A DNA stretch of 64,000 nt from contig JACPPA010000036.1 of NCBI GenBank assembly GCA_016191285.1, positions 17,788 to 81,787 on the forward strand, written 5' to 3'. Source of the DNA: Gammaproteobacteria bacterium (lineage in GTDB: Bacteria; Pseudomonadota; Gammaproteobacteria; Ga0077536). The notes beneath the pieces are model-generated. The model was not told where the DNA came from. It made no database searches and saw only the letters and a program-made list of their open reading frames with translations. Positions 1 to 9,397 of the stretch are shown here, one piece after another. Each line of letters begins with the position of its first letter. The first letter of the stretch is position 1. A program made the translations under genes and the position numbers.

Positions 1-4
1 AACC

Positions 5-745
5 TTGCTCGTCTACGGCCTGCACGCCGTGCACGCAACCTTGACGCGGGCGGCAACCGATGTGCTTGAATTATGGATCCGTCACGGCGCGACGTCGCGC
101 GAGTTAGACGAGCTGGCGGGGTTGGCGCAAAGGTCCGGCGTGCAGCCGCAGCGGGTCACCGCCGATGTCCTCGATCGGTTCACCGCCGGCGCCGCGCATC
201 AGGGGGTGGTTGTGCGCCGCCGCCCGCCCGCCCAGCTGAGTTTGGTGGATTACCTAGGGCGGCTGGCGAGTCGGCCAAACCCGGCCCTGTTAATGATCAT
301 CGATCAGGTGCAAGACCCGCATAATCTAGGCGCCAGTCTGCGGGTGGCCGATGCGGCGGGCGCGGACGCCATCGTCGTGACCAAGGATCGCAGCGCAAGC
401 GTCACGTCGGCGGTCGCCAAGGTCGCAAGCGGGGCGCTCGATACGGTGCCGTTGATCGGAGTGACCAATCTGGCGCGTGCCCTCGAGGACCTGAAAGCCG
501 CGGGGATCTGGCTGGTAGGGGCCACTCACGGCGTTCCGCAGACCATTTATGCGCTCGATTTGAAAGGCCCGATCGCCTGGGTGATCGGCGGCGAAGGGCG
601 CGGATTACGCCGCTTAACGCGCGATTCCTGCGATTTTTTGGCGAGCATTCCGATGCGTGGGCAGGTCGCGAGCTTGAATCTCTCGACTGCCGCCGCCGTG
701 TGCTTATATGAGACTGTCCGACAGCGCGGCGAGCGCACAAAATGA
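5..745 (+). CDS. rlmB: 23S rRNA (Gm2251) 2'-O-methyltransferase RlmB; 5' end probably just outside the window
   Basis: SpoU motifs DQVQDPHNLGA, GGEGRGLRRL, IPMRGQVASLNLS; upstream of rpsF. Confidence 0.95.
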   Translation: MLVYGLHAVHATLTRAATDVLELWIRHGATSRELDELAGLAQRSGVQPQRVTADVLDRFTAGAAHQGVVVRRRPPAQLSLVDYLGRLASRPNPALLMIIDQVQDPHNLGASLRVADAAGADAIVVTKDRSASVTSAVAKVASGALDTVPLIGVTNLARALEDLKAAGIWLVGATHGVPQTIYALDLKGPIAWVIGGEGRGLRRLTRDSCDFLASIPMRGQVASLNLSTAAAVCLYETVRQRGERTK

Positions 746-843
746 ATGAACAGAAATAGAGACCCAGTAGTCGAGAGGCGTGACCGAGATTGCACAGCCG
801 TTTAGTTAAGACTCGAATATTGCGCCGAATCAGCCCTTTCACC

Positions 844-873
844 TTTACATCACTGCCGCCCGCCGCCTAAAAT
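844..873 (+). promoter_or_regulatory. putative sigma70 promoter of the rpsF operon
   Basis: TTTACA (844-849), 18 bp spacer, TAAAAT (868-873), then GC-rich discriminator GCGCGGCC. Confidence 0.55.
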
Positions 874-918
874 GCGCGGCCCTTCGGCCCTGCGTTGGTA
901 ACGACGAAGGCTAATCAT

Positions 919-968
919 CACTCCTTAGCTTCACTGCCAGTACGGGAAGCTTATAACCGCGAGGAGCC
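919..968 (+). promoter_or_regulatory. S6:S18 ribosomal protein leader (autoregulatory RNA)
   Basis: CTCCT (921-925) pairs with SD AGGAG (962-966); inner stem AGCTTC/GAAGCT; CCG (957-959) in the internal loop just 5' of the SD. Confidence 0.75.
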
Positions 969-972
969 ACTC

Positions 973-1395
973 TTGCGACACTACGAAATAGTGTTTCTGG
1001 TCCATCCTGACCAGAGCGAACAGGTCAATGCCATGATTGACCGTTATCGTTCCATGATCGAAGCCACTCAGGGCCGTATCCATCGCCTGGAAGATTGGGG
1101 TCGTCGTCAGCTCGCGTTCCCGATCGCCAAGGTGCACAAAGCGCACTATGTGATGATGAACATCGAATGCGATCAAGCCACCCTGAACGAATTGACCAGC
1201 GCGTTTCGCTTCAACGACGCGGTGTTGCGGCATCTGACGATCAAGCGCGATGCGGCGATTGTCGGGCCGTCGCTGATGGCGAAGGCCAAGGACGAACACG
1301 ACGAACGCGAAAGCGAACGCCGTAATCGACACAGCACGCAAGCGAGCGGCGATGAATCCACTGCCGATGCGGCCGAATCCGTGGCCGCGGAGTAG
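973..1395 (+). CDS. rpsF: 30S ribosomal protein S6
   Basis: [17 protein letters not shown]...[12 protein letters not shown]; TTG start after GAGGAG. Confidence 0.97.
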   Translation: MRHYEIVFLVHPDQSEQVNAMIDRYRSMIEATQGRIHRLEDWGRRQLAFPIAKVHKAHYVMMNIECDQATLNELTSAFRFNDAVLRHLTIKRDAAIVGPSLMAKAKDEHDERESERRNRHSTQASGDESTADAAESVAAE

Positions 1396-1400
1396 ATCGT

Positions 1401-1658
1401 ATGAAACATGCCAAACCCAAACCACGTACCGGCGGCGCACGCCATTTTCGGCGCCGCCGTTTTTGCAAATTCACGGCCGAGAACGTCGTTGAGATCGATT
1501 ACAAGGATCTCAATACATTAAAAGCCAATGTCGCCGAAAACGGCAAGATTGTGCCGAGCCGGATTTCGGGCACTAAGGCGCGCTATCAGCGGCAACTCGC
1601 CACCGCCATCAAGCGCGCCCGGTTCTTGGCCCTGATCCCGTACAGCGATTCGCACTAA
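1401..1658 (+). CDS. rpsR: 30S ribosomal protein S18
   Basis: [45 protein letters not shown]. Confidence 0.97.
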   Translation: MKHAKPKPRTGGARHFRRRRFCKFTAENVVEIDYKDLNTLKANVAENGKIVPSRISGTKARYQRQLATAIKRARFLALIPYSDSH

Positions 1659-1688
1659 AAAGACTACCGACGCGCGAGTCTTTGAGCG

Positions 1689-2612
1689 ATGCGTGGACTA
1701 GCGCTCGTCGCGATGCGCGGGCCGCTCGCCGCGTCGCTCATCGTCGCGGCGTGCGCGCTGTTGTCGCTGGTGTTTACGCCGGCGCTATTCGTAAGCGGTG
1801 GCTTACTCTGCCTCGTGACCTTGCGCCAGGGGGCGCTCGAAGGCTTGCGGGTCGCGGCGATCGCGGGCGCGATAACGGCAGGCGTCATGCTATTCGTGAA
1901 TGGTCGCCTGGGCGCCGCGGCGCTCGCGATTTTCGCCGTGTGGTTACCCGTGTGGGGCGCGAGCCAAACCCTACGCCGGACCGGCAGCGAAGGGGCAGCG
2001 TTTACGAACATCGGCTTTTGCGTGGCGGGTTATGCGGCGCTGATGCGGTTCGCGAACCCGGATGTCGATGCTTTTTGGCGGGCGCGTCTGACTCAGTTCG
2101 GCGCCCTCATCAAGGCGCAGGGGGGGCAGTTTTTAAATGCCCACGATCTCGAGACCGTGGGCGGTTTGATGCATGAAGCTTCGGTGGCCGTGTTATTGAT
2201 TAGTTTGGTTTGTATGTTGATGCTGGGGCGCTGGTGGCAAGCGAGCCTGTATCATCCCGGCGGCTTTCGTGGCGAGTTCCAAGTGCTCCGTATGCCGCGC
2301 TGGGTCTCGCCGCTGGGCGCCGCGGTGGCGGTGGCGGGATTGGTGGCGGCAGCGCGGGGGCACGGCGATAGCTTGGCTAGCGACTTGCTGATTGTGCTGG
2401 CGCTGCTGTTCGCCTTCCAAGGCTTGGCGGTAATTCATCATCGCCGCGAGGCGCGCGCCTTGAGCCGGCACTGGTTGATCGGTTTGTATGTCTTTTTAGG
2501 GTTTGTGCCGCATATTGTCATCACGGTGCTGGCGGTTACCGGCATCGCCGACATGGCGGTTAATTTTCGCGGCCTCGTACTGGTCAACGGCCGGCACGAC
2601 GGCGGCAAATAA
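1689..2612 (+). CDS. DUF2232/YybS-like membrane protein
   Basis: multi-TM; RWWQASLYHPGGFRGEF motif; usual position between rpsR and rplI. Confidence 0.8.
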   Translation: MRGLALVAMRGPLAASLIVAACALLSLVFTPALFVSGGLLCLVTLRQGALEGLRVAAIAGAITAGVMLFVNGRLGAAALAIFAVWLPVWGASQTLRRTGSEGAAFTNIGFCVAGYAALMRFANPDVDAFWRARLTQFGALIKAQGGQFLNAHDLETVGGLMHEASVAVLLISLVCMLMLGRWWQASLYHPGGFRGEFQVLRMPRWVSPLGAAVAVAGLVAAARGHGDSLASDLLIVLALLFAFQGLAVIHHRREARALSRHWLIGLYVFLGFVPHIVITVLAVTGIADMAVNFRGLVLVNGRHDGGK

Positions 2613-2613
2613 G

Positions 2614-2759
2614 TAGAACCTATCTCAAAAAGGGTTCTGGGGTGTTCAGACTAGGCGCGCGGCCGTCGAGGAGCGCAGTTTACACACAGTAAATGAGCAC
2701 CGGAGACGGTTGCGCAACAACGTATGGGCGCGCCACAAGCGTTTTTGAGATAGGTTCTA
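2614..2759. mobile_element. MITE with 18-bp perfect terminal inverted repeats (including terminal TA)
   Basis: TAGAACCTATCTCAAAAA (2614-2631) and TTTTTGAGATAGGTTCTA (2742-2759); non-coding interior with a TTTAC-ACACA-GTAAA hairpin. Confidence 0.8.
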
Positions 2760-2809
2760 AGTTCATTAGCGGTACGGTGCCAAGCGGCGACCGAGAAAAG
2801 GTGTAAACG

Positions 2810-3268
2810 ATGGAAGTCATTCTGCTTGAGAAGGTTCAAAATTTAGGCAAACTCGGCGACCAGGTCCGGGTCCGTGCCGGTTACGGCCGCAACTACCTTA
2901 TTCCGCGTAAGAAGGCCGTGCCGGCGAGCCCGGGCAACGTCGCCAAGTTCGAAGCACAGCGCGCCGAACTCGAGAACGCCCAGCAACAAGTCTTCGATCT
3001 CGCCACCGCGCGCGCGGCGCAACTAAAAGACGTCGAAGTGACGGTTGGAGCCAAGGCCGGCACCGAAGGCAAGCTCTACGGTTCGGTCGGCGCCGGCGAA
3101 ATCTGCGATGCCTTGGCGAGTAAAGGGCTGACCGTTGAAAAGCGCGAAGTGCGACTGCCTACCGGCCCATTACGCACCCTCGGCCGGCATACGCTTGACG
3201 TGCATTTGCATCCCGACGTCGAGGCGCAAATCGTGGTCGTCATCGAAGCGGACGACGCGCCGAAATAG
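2810..3268 (+). CDS. rplI: 50S ribosomal protein L9
   Basis: MEVILLEKVQNLGKLGDQVRVRAGYGRNYLIP; GKLYGSV. Confidence 0.97.
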   Translation: MEVILLEKVQNLGKLGDQVRVRAGYGRNYLIPRKKAVPASPGNVAKFEAQRAELENAQQQVFDLATARAAQLKDVEVTVGAKAGTEGKLYGSVGAGEICDALASKGLTVEKREVRLPTGPLRTLGRHTLDVHLHPDVEAQIVVVIEADDAPK

Positions 3269-3306
3269 GTCGAACTGTCCCGGCGTGATACGGCTTAAAG
3301 TCGCCC

Positions 3307-4710
3307 ATGGCCGCTGAACCGCCGTTTCGGGGCGCGGCCGCCGATCGTAGTGTCGAGTCGCTACGCGTCCCGCCACATTCCATCGAAGCTGAGCAATCGG
3401 TGCTCGGCGGCTTGATGCTCGATAACGAAGCCTGGTTGCAAGTTAGCGAGCGCCTGACCGACGGTGATTTTTACCGCCGCGACCACACCAATATCTTTCG
3501 TGGCATCCAAGCGCTCGCTAACGAGGCCAAACCGTACGACATCGTCACGCTCGCCGAATGGCTCGACAGCAATGAATTGCTCGACGGTAGCGGCGGCCTG
3601 CAATACTTAGCCCAACTCGCCGACAATACGCCCACCGCCGCCAACATCGCCGCCTATGCGGACATCGTGCGCGACCGCGCGGTGCTGCGGGCATTAATCC
3701 GTGCGGGCACTGAAATCGCTGAAAGCGGATTTCGCACCGAAGGTCGCGGCACCAATGAATTGATCGATTCGGCCGAGCGCACGGTGTTCGAAATCGCCGA
3801 GCGCGATTCGCGCGGGCGGAGTGGTTTTCGGCCGATCAAGGAGCTGCTGGTAAGTGCGTTGGATCGCATCGATCAACTGTTTCAACGCGACAACCCCATC
3901 ACCGGCGTTGCGACGGGGTTCTACGAAATCGACGGCATGACGTCCGGGATGCAACCGTCGGATCTGATCATCGTGGCCGGTCGGCCGTCGATGGGCAAGA
4001 CCGCGTTCGCCATCAACATTGCGCAACACGCGGCGGCCAAGGAGCAATTACCGGTCGCCATTTTCAGCATGGAAATGCCGAGCGAACAAATCGCGATGCG
4101 CATGCTGTCGTCGCTCGGGCGGATTGATCAACACAAGGTGCGTACCGGCAAACTAGCCGATGATGACTGGCCGCGTCTGACGCACGCGGTCGGGATCTTG
4201 TCCGAAATCAAACTCTTCATCGACGACACGCCGGCGTTGACGCCGGGCGATCTGCGTGCGCGCTGCCGTCGCTTGGCGCGCGAGCATGGCTTGGCGCTGG
4301 TCGTCATCGACTATTTACAACTCATGCACGTGCCGGGCACCAATGAGAATCGGGCGACGGAAATTTCCGAGATTTCGCGCTCGCTGAAAGCGCTGGCAAA
4401 GGAATTGAAAGTGCCAATTATCGCCCTATCGCAGCTCAATCGAAGTCTCGAGCAACGGGGAGATAAACGGCCGGTGATGTCCGATCTACGCGAGTCTGGC
4501 GCGATCGAGCAGGACGCTGACTTGATCATGTTTATCTATCGCGACGAGGTCTACAACGAAGACAGCCCAGACAAGGGCGTGGCTGAAATCATCATCGGCA
4601 AACAGCGTAATGGCCCGATCGGCAGCCGCAAATTGCGCTTCTTCGGCGAGTACACCACGTTCGAGAATCTGGCTCACGAAAACTACGGCGGCTCCGGGGC
4701 TCGCGGATGA
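3307..4710 (+). CDS. dnaB: replicative DNA helicase; no intein
   Basis: PPHSIEAEQSVLGG, Walker A GRPSMGKT, DYLQLM, SDLRESGAIEQDAD. Confidence 0.98.
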   Translation: MAAEPPFRGAAADRSVESLRVPPHSIEAEQSVLGGLMLDNEAWLQVSERLTDGDFYRRDHTNIFRGIQALANEAKPYDIVTLAEWLDSNELLDGSGGLQYLAQLADNTPTAANIAAYADIVRDRAVLRALIRAGTEIAESGFRTEGRGTNELIDSAERTVFEIAERDSRGRSGFRPIKELLVSALDRIDQLFQRDNPITGVATGFYEIDGMTSGMQPSDLIIVAGRPSMGKTAFAINIAQHAAAKEQLPVAIFSMEMPSEQIAMRMLSSLGRIDQHKVRTGKLADDDWPRLTHAVGILSEIKLFIDDTPALTPGDLRARCRRLAREHGLALVVIDYLQLMHVPGTNENRATEISEISRSLKALAKELKVPIIALSQLNRSLEQRGDKRPVMSDLRESGAIEQDADLIMFIYRDEVYNEDSPDKGVAEIIIGKQRNGPIGSRKLRFFGEYTTFENLAHENYGGSGARG

Positions 4711-5771
4711 CGCGACCGGCGCGCGCGACTTTCGACGCGCAGGCGGTGCGGTCGAATTTGCGGTTGGTTAAACAGCACACCGCGGGGCGCCGCGTCATGG
4801 CGATCGTGAAAGCCGATGGCTATGGCCACGGCGTGTTGCGCATGGCCCATGCGTTGAACGATGTCGATGCCTTTGGCGTGGCTTCGATCGAGGAGGCGGT
4901 GCGCTTGCGCGACGCCGGCATCACGCAATCGATCGTGTTGTTGGAAGGACCGTTCGAGGCGCGGGAACTCACGGATATTGTCGGGCACCGGCTGGAATCC
5001 GTGGTTCACAATCGCGAACAAGCGCGGCTGTTCGCTGCCAATGACACCACGCCGCTGTGGATCAAGATCGATACGGGCATGCATCGTCTCGGCTTCGCGC
5101 CCGAACAGGTACCGGAGATCGTGGCCACCCTGACGCGACCCGGCCGGGCGCTCCGCTTCATGACTCATTTCGCGAGCGCGCACTTCATCGGCGATGTCAG
5201 CGTCACCAATCAATTGGCATTATTCACGAGCACGCTCGCGGATCTTCCCGGCGAGCGGTGTAGTGCGAACTCGAGCGCGATTCTTGGTTGGCCGCAGAGT
5301 CATGGCGACTGGGTGCGTCCGGGATTGATGCTCTATGGCGTGTCGCCGTTCGCGAATTCGGTCGGCCCCAGCCTGGGATTGCGTCCGGCGATGACCTTGA
5401 CCTCGGCGTTGATCGCGGTTAAACGCGTCGCGGCGGGCGAGTCCGTCGGTTATGGCAAGGGTTTTGTGTGCCCGCAAGCCATGCCGGTCGGCATCGTCGC
5501 GTTTGGCTATGCCGATGGTTATCCGCGACACGCGGCGACCGGTGCGCCGATTCTCGTCAACAGTGTGCGCACGCAAGTCATCGGTGAGGCATCCATGGAC
5601 ATGATGGCGGTCGATCTGCGAGCGGTGCCTGAAGCACGCGTCGGCGATCCGGTCATCCTGTGGGGTGAGGGCCTGCCGGTCGAAGAAGTCGCGCGCGCGG
5701 CCGCGACGATTCCGTATGATCTGTTGTGCCGCATGCGCATGCGCGCACGTATTGTCGAGCGCCACGCATGA
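4707..5771 (+). CDS. alr: alanine racemase
   Basis: VKADGYGHG PLP lysine, KIDTGMHRLG, GYADGYPR. Confidence 0.96.
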   Translation: MTRPARATFDAQAVRSNLRLVKQHTAGRRVMAIVKADGYGHGVLRMAHALNDVDAFGVASIEEAVRLRDAGITQSIVLLEGPFEARELTDIVGHRLESVVHNREQARLFAANDTTPLWIKIDTGMHRLGFAPEQVPEIVATLTRPGRALRFMTHFASAHFIGDVSVTNQLALFTSTLADLPGERCSANSSAILGWPQSHGDWVRPGLMLYGVSPFANSVGPSLGLRPAMTLTSALIAVKRVAAGESVGYGKGFVCPQAMPVGIVAFGYADGYPRHAATGAPILVNSVRTQVIGEASMDMMAVDLRAVPEARVGDPVILWGEGLPVEEVARAAATIPYDLLCRMRMRARIVERHA

Positions 5772-7129
5772 AGGCGCCGAAGCGTATCTATCAATGCGAG
5801 CATTGCGGCGCGACGCATCCGCGGTGGTCCGGGCAGTGCGGGGATTGCGGTAATTGGAACACCTTGGTCGAGACCCTCGCGGCGGCCACGGCGCCGACTC
5901 AACGCACCGCGTCATTCAGTGTCGAGGCGCCCAAGATCGTCACCCTGGGCGAAGTCACCGCCGTCGAAGCACCACGCATCGCGAGCGGCCTCGCCGAGCT
6001 TGATCGGGTCCTCGGTGGCGGCTTGGTCGAGGGTTCGGTGGTCCTGTTGGGTGGCGATCCGGGAATCGGCAAGTCGACTTTGCTGTTGCAAAGCCTGGCG
6101 CATTGCACGGCTGGTGATGCTATCCGCGCGCTCTATGTCAGCGGCGAAGAGTCCTCGGCCCAGATCGCGTTGCGCGCCGAGCGCCTCAAATTGCCGATGA
6201 CGAAATTACGCGTGCTAACCGAAACCGATATCGACCGCGTTCTCGCCCTCGCGCAAACCGAGCGGCCCGCGATCCTTGTCATCGATTCGATCCAAACGGT
6301 TTATAGCAGTGCCTTGCAATCCGCGCCCGGCAGCGTCGCGCAAGTTCGCGAGTGCGCCGCGCAACTGGTGCGCTTTGCCAAAGCCACCAATACCGCGGTG
6401 TATCTGATTGGCCATGTCACCAAAGAGGGCGCATTGGCTGGTCCGCGGGTGCTGGAGCATATGGTCGATGCGGTGTTGTATTTCGAAGGCGAGCTCGGCG
6501 GTCGTTATCGGCTGGTGCGCGCGTTTAAGAATCGCTTCGGCGCGGTGAGTGAGCTCGGCATGTTCGCGATGACCGACCGGGGCTTGAAGGAAGTGACCAA
6601 CCCGTCGGCGATTCTGCTGTCGCGCCACGATCAACCGGTGCCGGGCAGCGTGGTCATGGTCACGCGCGAAGGCACGCGGCCGTTGCTGGTGGAAGTACAG
6701 GCGCTGGTCGATCAAAGCGCGGCGCCGAATCCGCGCCGCGTCACCGTCGGCCTCGATCATAATCGGCTGTCGATGTTGCTCGCGATTCTGCATCGCCACG
6801 GCGGGATCAGTACTGCCGGCTGCGACGTCTTCGCCAACATCGTCGGCGGCGTTCGCGTCACCGAAACCGGCGGCGATTTAGGGATCGCGATGGCCGTGTT
6901 GTCGAGTCTGCGCGATCGGCCAGTGCCGATCGATTTGGTGGTGTTTGGCGAGCTGGGTTTGGCCGGTGAGATTCGACCGGTGCAAGGCGGGCCGGAACGC
7001 CTGCGCGAGGCCGCCAAACACGGCTTCAAACGCGCGATCATTCCGCGCGCCAACGTGAGCAAAACCGCGCCGGCGGAACTCGAAGTGGTGCCCGTGACGC
7101 GTTTGGTCGAGGCGTTGGCTGAGATTTAA
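5768..7129 (+). CDS. radA: DNA repair protein RadA/Sms
   Basis: C4 zinc finger, GGDPGIGKST, KNRFG, Lon-like C-terminus; ATGA overlap with alr. Confidence 0.97.
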   Translation: MKAPKRIYQCEHCGATHPRWSGQCGDCGNWNTLVETLAAATAPTQRTASFSVEAPKIVTLGEVTAVEAPRIASGLAELDRVLGGGLVEGSVVLLGGDPGIGKSTLLLQSLAHCTAGDAIRALYVSGEESSAQIALRAERLKLPMTKLRVLTETDIDRVLALAQTERPAILVIDSIQTVYSSALQSAPGSVAQVRECAAQLVRFAKATNTAVYLIGHVTKEGALAGPRVLEHMVDAVLYFEGELGGRYRLVRAFKNRFGAVSELGMFAMTDRGLKEVTNPSAILLSRHDQPVPGSVVMVTREGTRPLLVEVQALVDQSAAPNPRRVTVGLDHNRLSMLLAILHRHGGISTAGCDVFANIVGGVRVTETGGDLGIAMAVLSSLRDRPVPIDLVVFGELGLAGEIRPVQGGPERLREAAKHGFKRAIIPRANVSKTAPAELEVVPVTRLVEALAEI

Positions 7130-7451
7130 GGAACCGCTGAATAAGTCCCTCCTGGACTATTACTCGCCTCATCCTGAGGCTCGCCCTAGCGGGCCGCACG
7201 AGGTGCGTTCAAAATCGCGCCGGGCGATTTTGTCAGAGTAAGGAAGACAAAAAGTGTCATTTTTGTTTTCCTTAACTCAACTAATTACGAGCAGACTGCC
7301 GGCGCAGCTGGTTGGGTTATTTACCGGCTACCGCTTCGCGATTCGTCCCTGAATCACTCCGCTGCCACGCACGCTGCGCTAAACCATCCATGGCCCGCTG
7401 GCGTGCGAGGCACGCCGGCAAATAACCCAACCAGCTGCTTTCAGCGCCTGA
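7130..7451 (+). mobile_element. diverged, nested copy of the IS5-type MITE carrying internal palindromic inserts
   Basis: TTAA then GGAACCGCTGAATAAGTCCCTCCTGGAC, matching 14650 and 34343; 72-bp insert at 7162-7233; 25-bp inverted repeat 7304-7328/7414-7438; right end uncertain. Confidence 0.6.
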
Positions 7452-7508
7452 GATGGGTGTCACCCTTTTACGTTTAATAAGCGCTCTTCAAAGACCCGTA
7501 ATGTGCGG

Positions 7509-7639
7509 GGCGGTTGTCGGGTGCGCGCGTAGCGTCATTGTGGAGCGTGCGGCGCTTAGGACGCACCGCACGCGGAACAGCGACGAGCCGGTCAGGGATG
7601 GCCGGCGAGGAAGAGCGGAGCGCGCACCCGACAACCGCC
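7509..7639. repeat. palindromic element with 20-bp terminal inverted repeats; partial copies at 14250 and 29853
   Basis: GGCGGTTGTCGGGTGCGCGC ... GCGCGCACCCGACAACCGCC. Confidence 0.75.
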
Positions 7640-7717
7640 TGGGCGTGTGGATGTCCTTTATGGGCGTAGCCGCTCAATAGCCCAACCACCTGCTGGGCCT
7701 CGAAGCGGCGTCGCTTT

Positions 7718-8092
7718 TTAAATCAGTAATTCGCGAAACTCGCGTTCTAGTAGTTTGGCTTCATCGGCATTCGATTCGACGAAGTGGCGTAACACCGCCG
7801 CGCTCTCGAGATCGCACGCGCTGGCGCGGATCCCGCAATGGTCATCGCTGCGATGCGCGACGACCCCGCTCAGTGTCACGATCGGTAACGCCGGCGCCAA
7901 GGCGATTTTGACCTGCACCGGCGAACCTATTGCGACTCGACTACAGGCCGGGCCGCTGACGAGCGCCCCGTGCAACGACAGATCGCGCACGATCACTTGA
8001 TGCGTGGCGTGATTCGCGGTGAGAGTTGCGGTGCTACCGCATGCACTGCGCACGAAGCGACGACGATTAGTTGGGGTTTCCATTGGAGCCAT
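7718..8092 (-). CDS. PilZ-domain (c-di-GMP-binding) protein
   Basis: RRRFVR (RxxxR) and DLSLHG (DxSxxG) motifs; C-terminal LLERE. Confidence 0.85.
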   Translation of the reverse strand: MAPMETPTNRRRFVRSACGSTATLTANHATHQVIVRDLSLHGALVSGPACSRVAIGSPVQVKIALAPALPIVTLSGVVAHRSDDHCGIRASACDLESAAVLRHFVESNADEAKLLEREFRELLI

Positions 8093-9395
8093 TAGCGGCC
8101 GCGTCGTTCGGTGCTTGAACCGCGGTACGCGGTGCGCCCCGCGGCGGGAAGATACGCGCGTTGCGCACGGCCTGTCCCGAGCTCTGCACGATTTCGATCG
8201 TATAACCCGCGATCCGCAAGCTGGTGCCCGTTTCCGGAATGCTTTCGAGCGCTTCGAGAATCAAACCATTCAAAGTCTTCGGGCCGTCATCGGGCAATTG
8301 CCAGTGAAACGCGCGATTAAGTTCGCGAATATTCGCCGCACCATCGACCACCATGCTGCCGTCTTGTTGCGGGTACACGTCGCGGACGTTGAATTGCGGC
8401 ACGGTGGTGAATTCGCCGACCACCTGCTCCAACAAATCATCGATCGTGACCAGCCCGACGATGTCGCCATATTCATCGACGACCAACGCGAGGCGCTGCT
8501 TTTCCAATTGAAAATTGATCAGCTGGGTATGCAGATCAGCCTTCAGCGGCACGTAATACGGCACGCTTAGCAGGCGCTCCAAGTCCGCGGTGTCGAAATC
8601 GTCGGTGTGGCGCAACAGGCGCGCCAGGGTTCGCATGTGCAGAATGCCGAGCGTGTTATCGAGGCTGCCGCGATAGCACGGGACGCGGGTATGCCGGCAG
8701 GTCATGATCTGCTCCTTCAAATCGACCCAGTTCAGATCAAAGTCGAGCGCGACGATCGCGCCGCGCGGCACCATGATGTCTTGTACCGAGACTTTTTCCA
8801 GATCGAGAATGCCGAACAGCATGTCGCGATGCTTTTGCGGGATCATCGCCCCGGCTTCCTTGACCACCGTACGTAGTTCTTCGCGATCCAGGGACTCGAG
8901 CTGCGAACGATCGGCATTGATGTTAATAGCCTTCAGTAACGTGCGGGTGATGGCATTGATCCCGGCGACCGCGGGTCGAAAAATCCACATCAGTGGAATG
9001 AGGAACCACGTCGCCGGGAATGCCACGCGCTCCGGATTCAATGCCGCGATCGTTTTAGGGAGGACTTCGGCGAAGATCAGGATTAACGCCGTCAGGATTA
9101 TTGACGCTAGCCACAGTCCACGTTCACCGAACACTTGGAGGGTCACCAGCGTTGCGATTTGCGTGACCAATACGTTTAAGAAATTATTGCCGAGGAGCAC
9201 AAAGCCGATCAGAGAATCCGGTTTCTCGAGGAGTTTAAGTGCGCGCTTGGCGCCCGCATGATGTTGATCGGCGAGATGGCGCAGACGGTAGCGGTTAAGC
9301 GACATCATCGAAGTCTCGGCGCCGGAAAAAAAAGCGCTCAGCGCGATCAGGCCGAGCAGGCCGAGCGCGAGTAGCGCCAATGAAAAATTATCCAC
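8067..9395 (-). CDS. CNNM/HlyC-CorC family transporter (DUF21-CBS-CorC, YfjD-like)
   Basis: SAFFSGAET, LLGNN, FAEVLPK, CBS pair VVDEYG, CorC domain. Confidence 0.92.
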   Translation of the reverse strand: MDNFSLALLALGLLGLIALSAFFSGAETSMMSLNRYRLRHLADQHHAGAKRALKLLEKPDSLIGFVLLGNNFLNVLVTQIATLVTLQVFGERGLWLASIILTALILIFAEVLPKTIAALNPERVAFPATWFLIPLMWIFRPAVAGINAITRTLLKAININADRSQLESLDREELRTVVKEAGAMIPQKHRDMLFGILDLEKVSVQDIMVPRGAIVALDFDLNWVDLKEQIMTCRHTRVPCYRGSLDNTLGILHMRTLARLLRHTDDFDTADLERLLSVPYYVPLKADLHTQLINFQLEKQRLALVVDEYGDIVGLVTIDDLLEQVVGEFTTVPQFNVRDVYPQQDGSMVVDGAANIRELNRAFHWQLPDDGPKTLNGLILEALESIPETGTSLRIAGYTIEIVQSSGQAVRNARIFPPRGAPRTAVQAPNDAAANGSNGNPN

Positions 9396-9397
9396 GG

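Noticed and set aside
3307-4710. Possible intein in DnaB
   Set aside because: Normal length (467 aa) with contiguous motifs.
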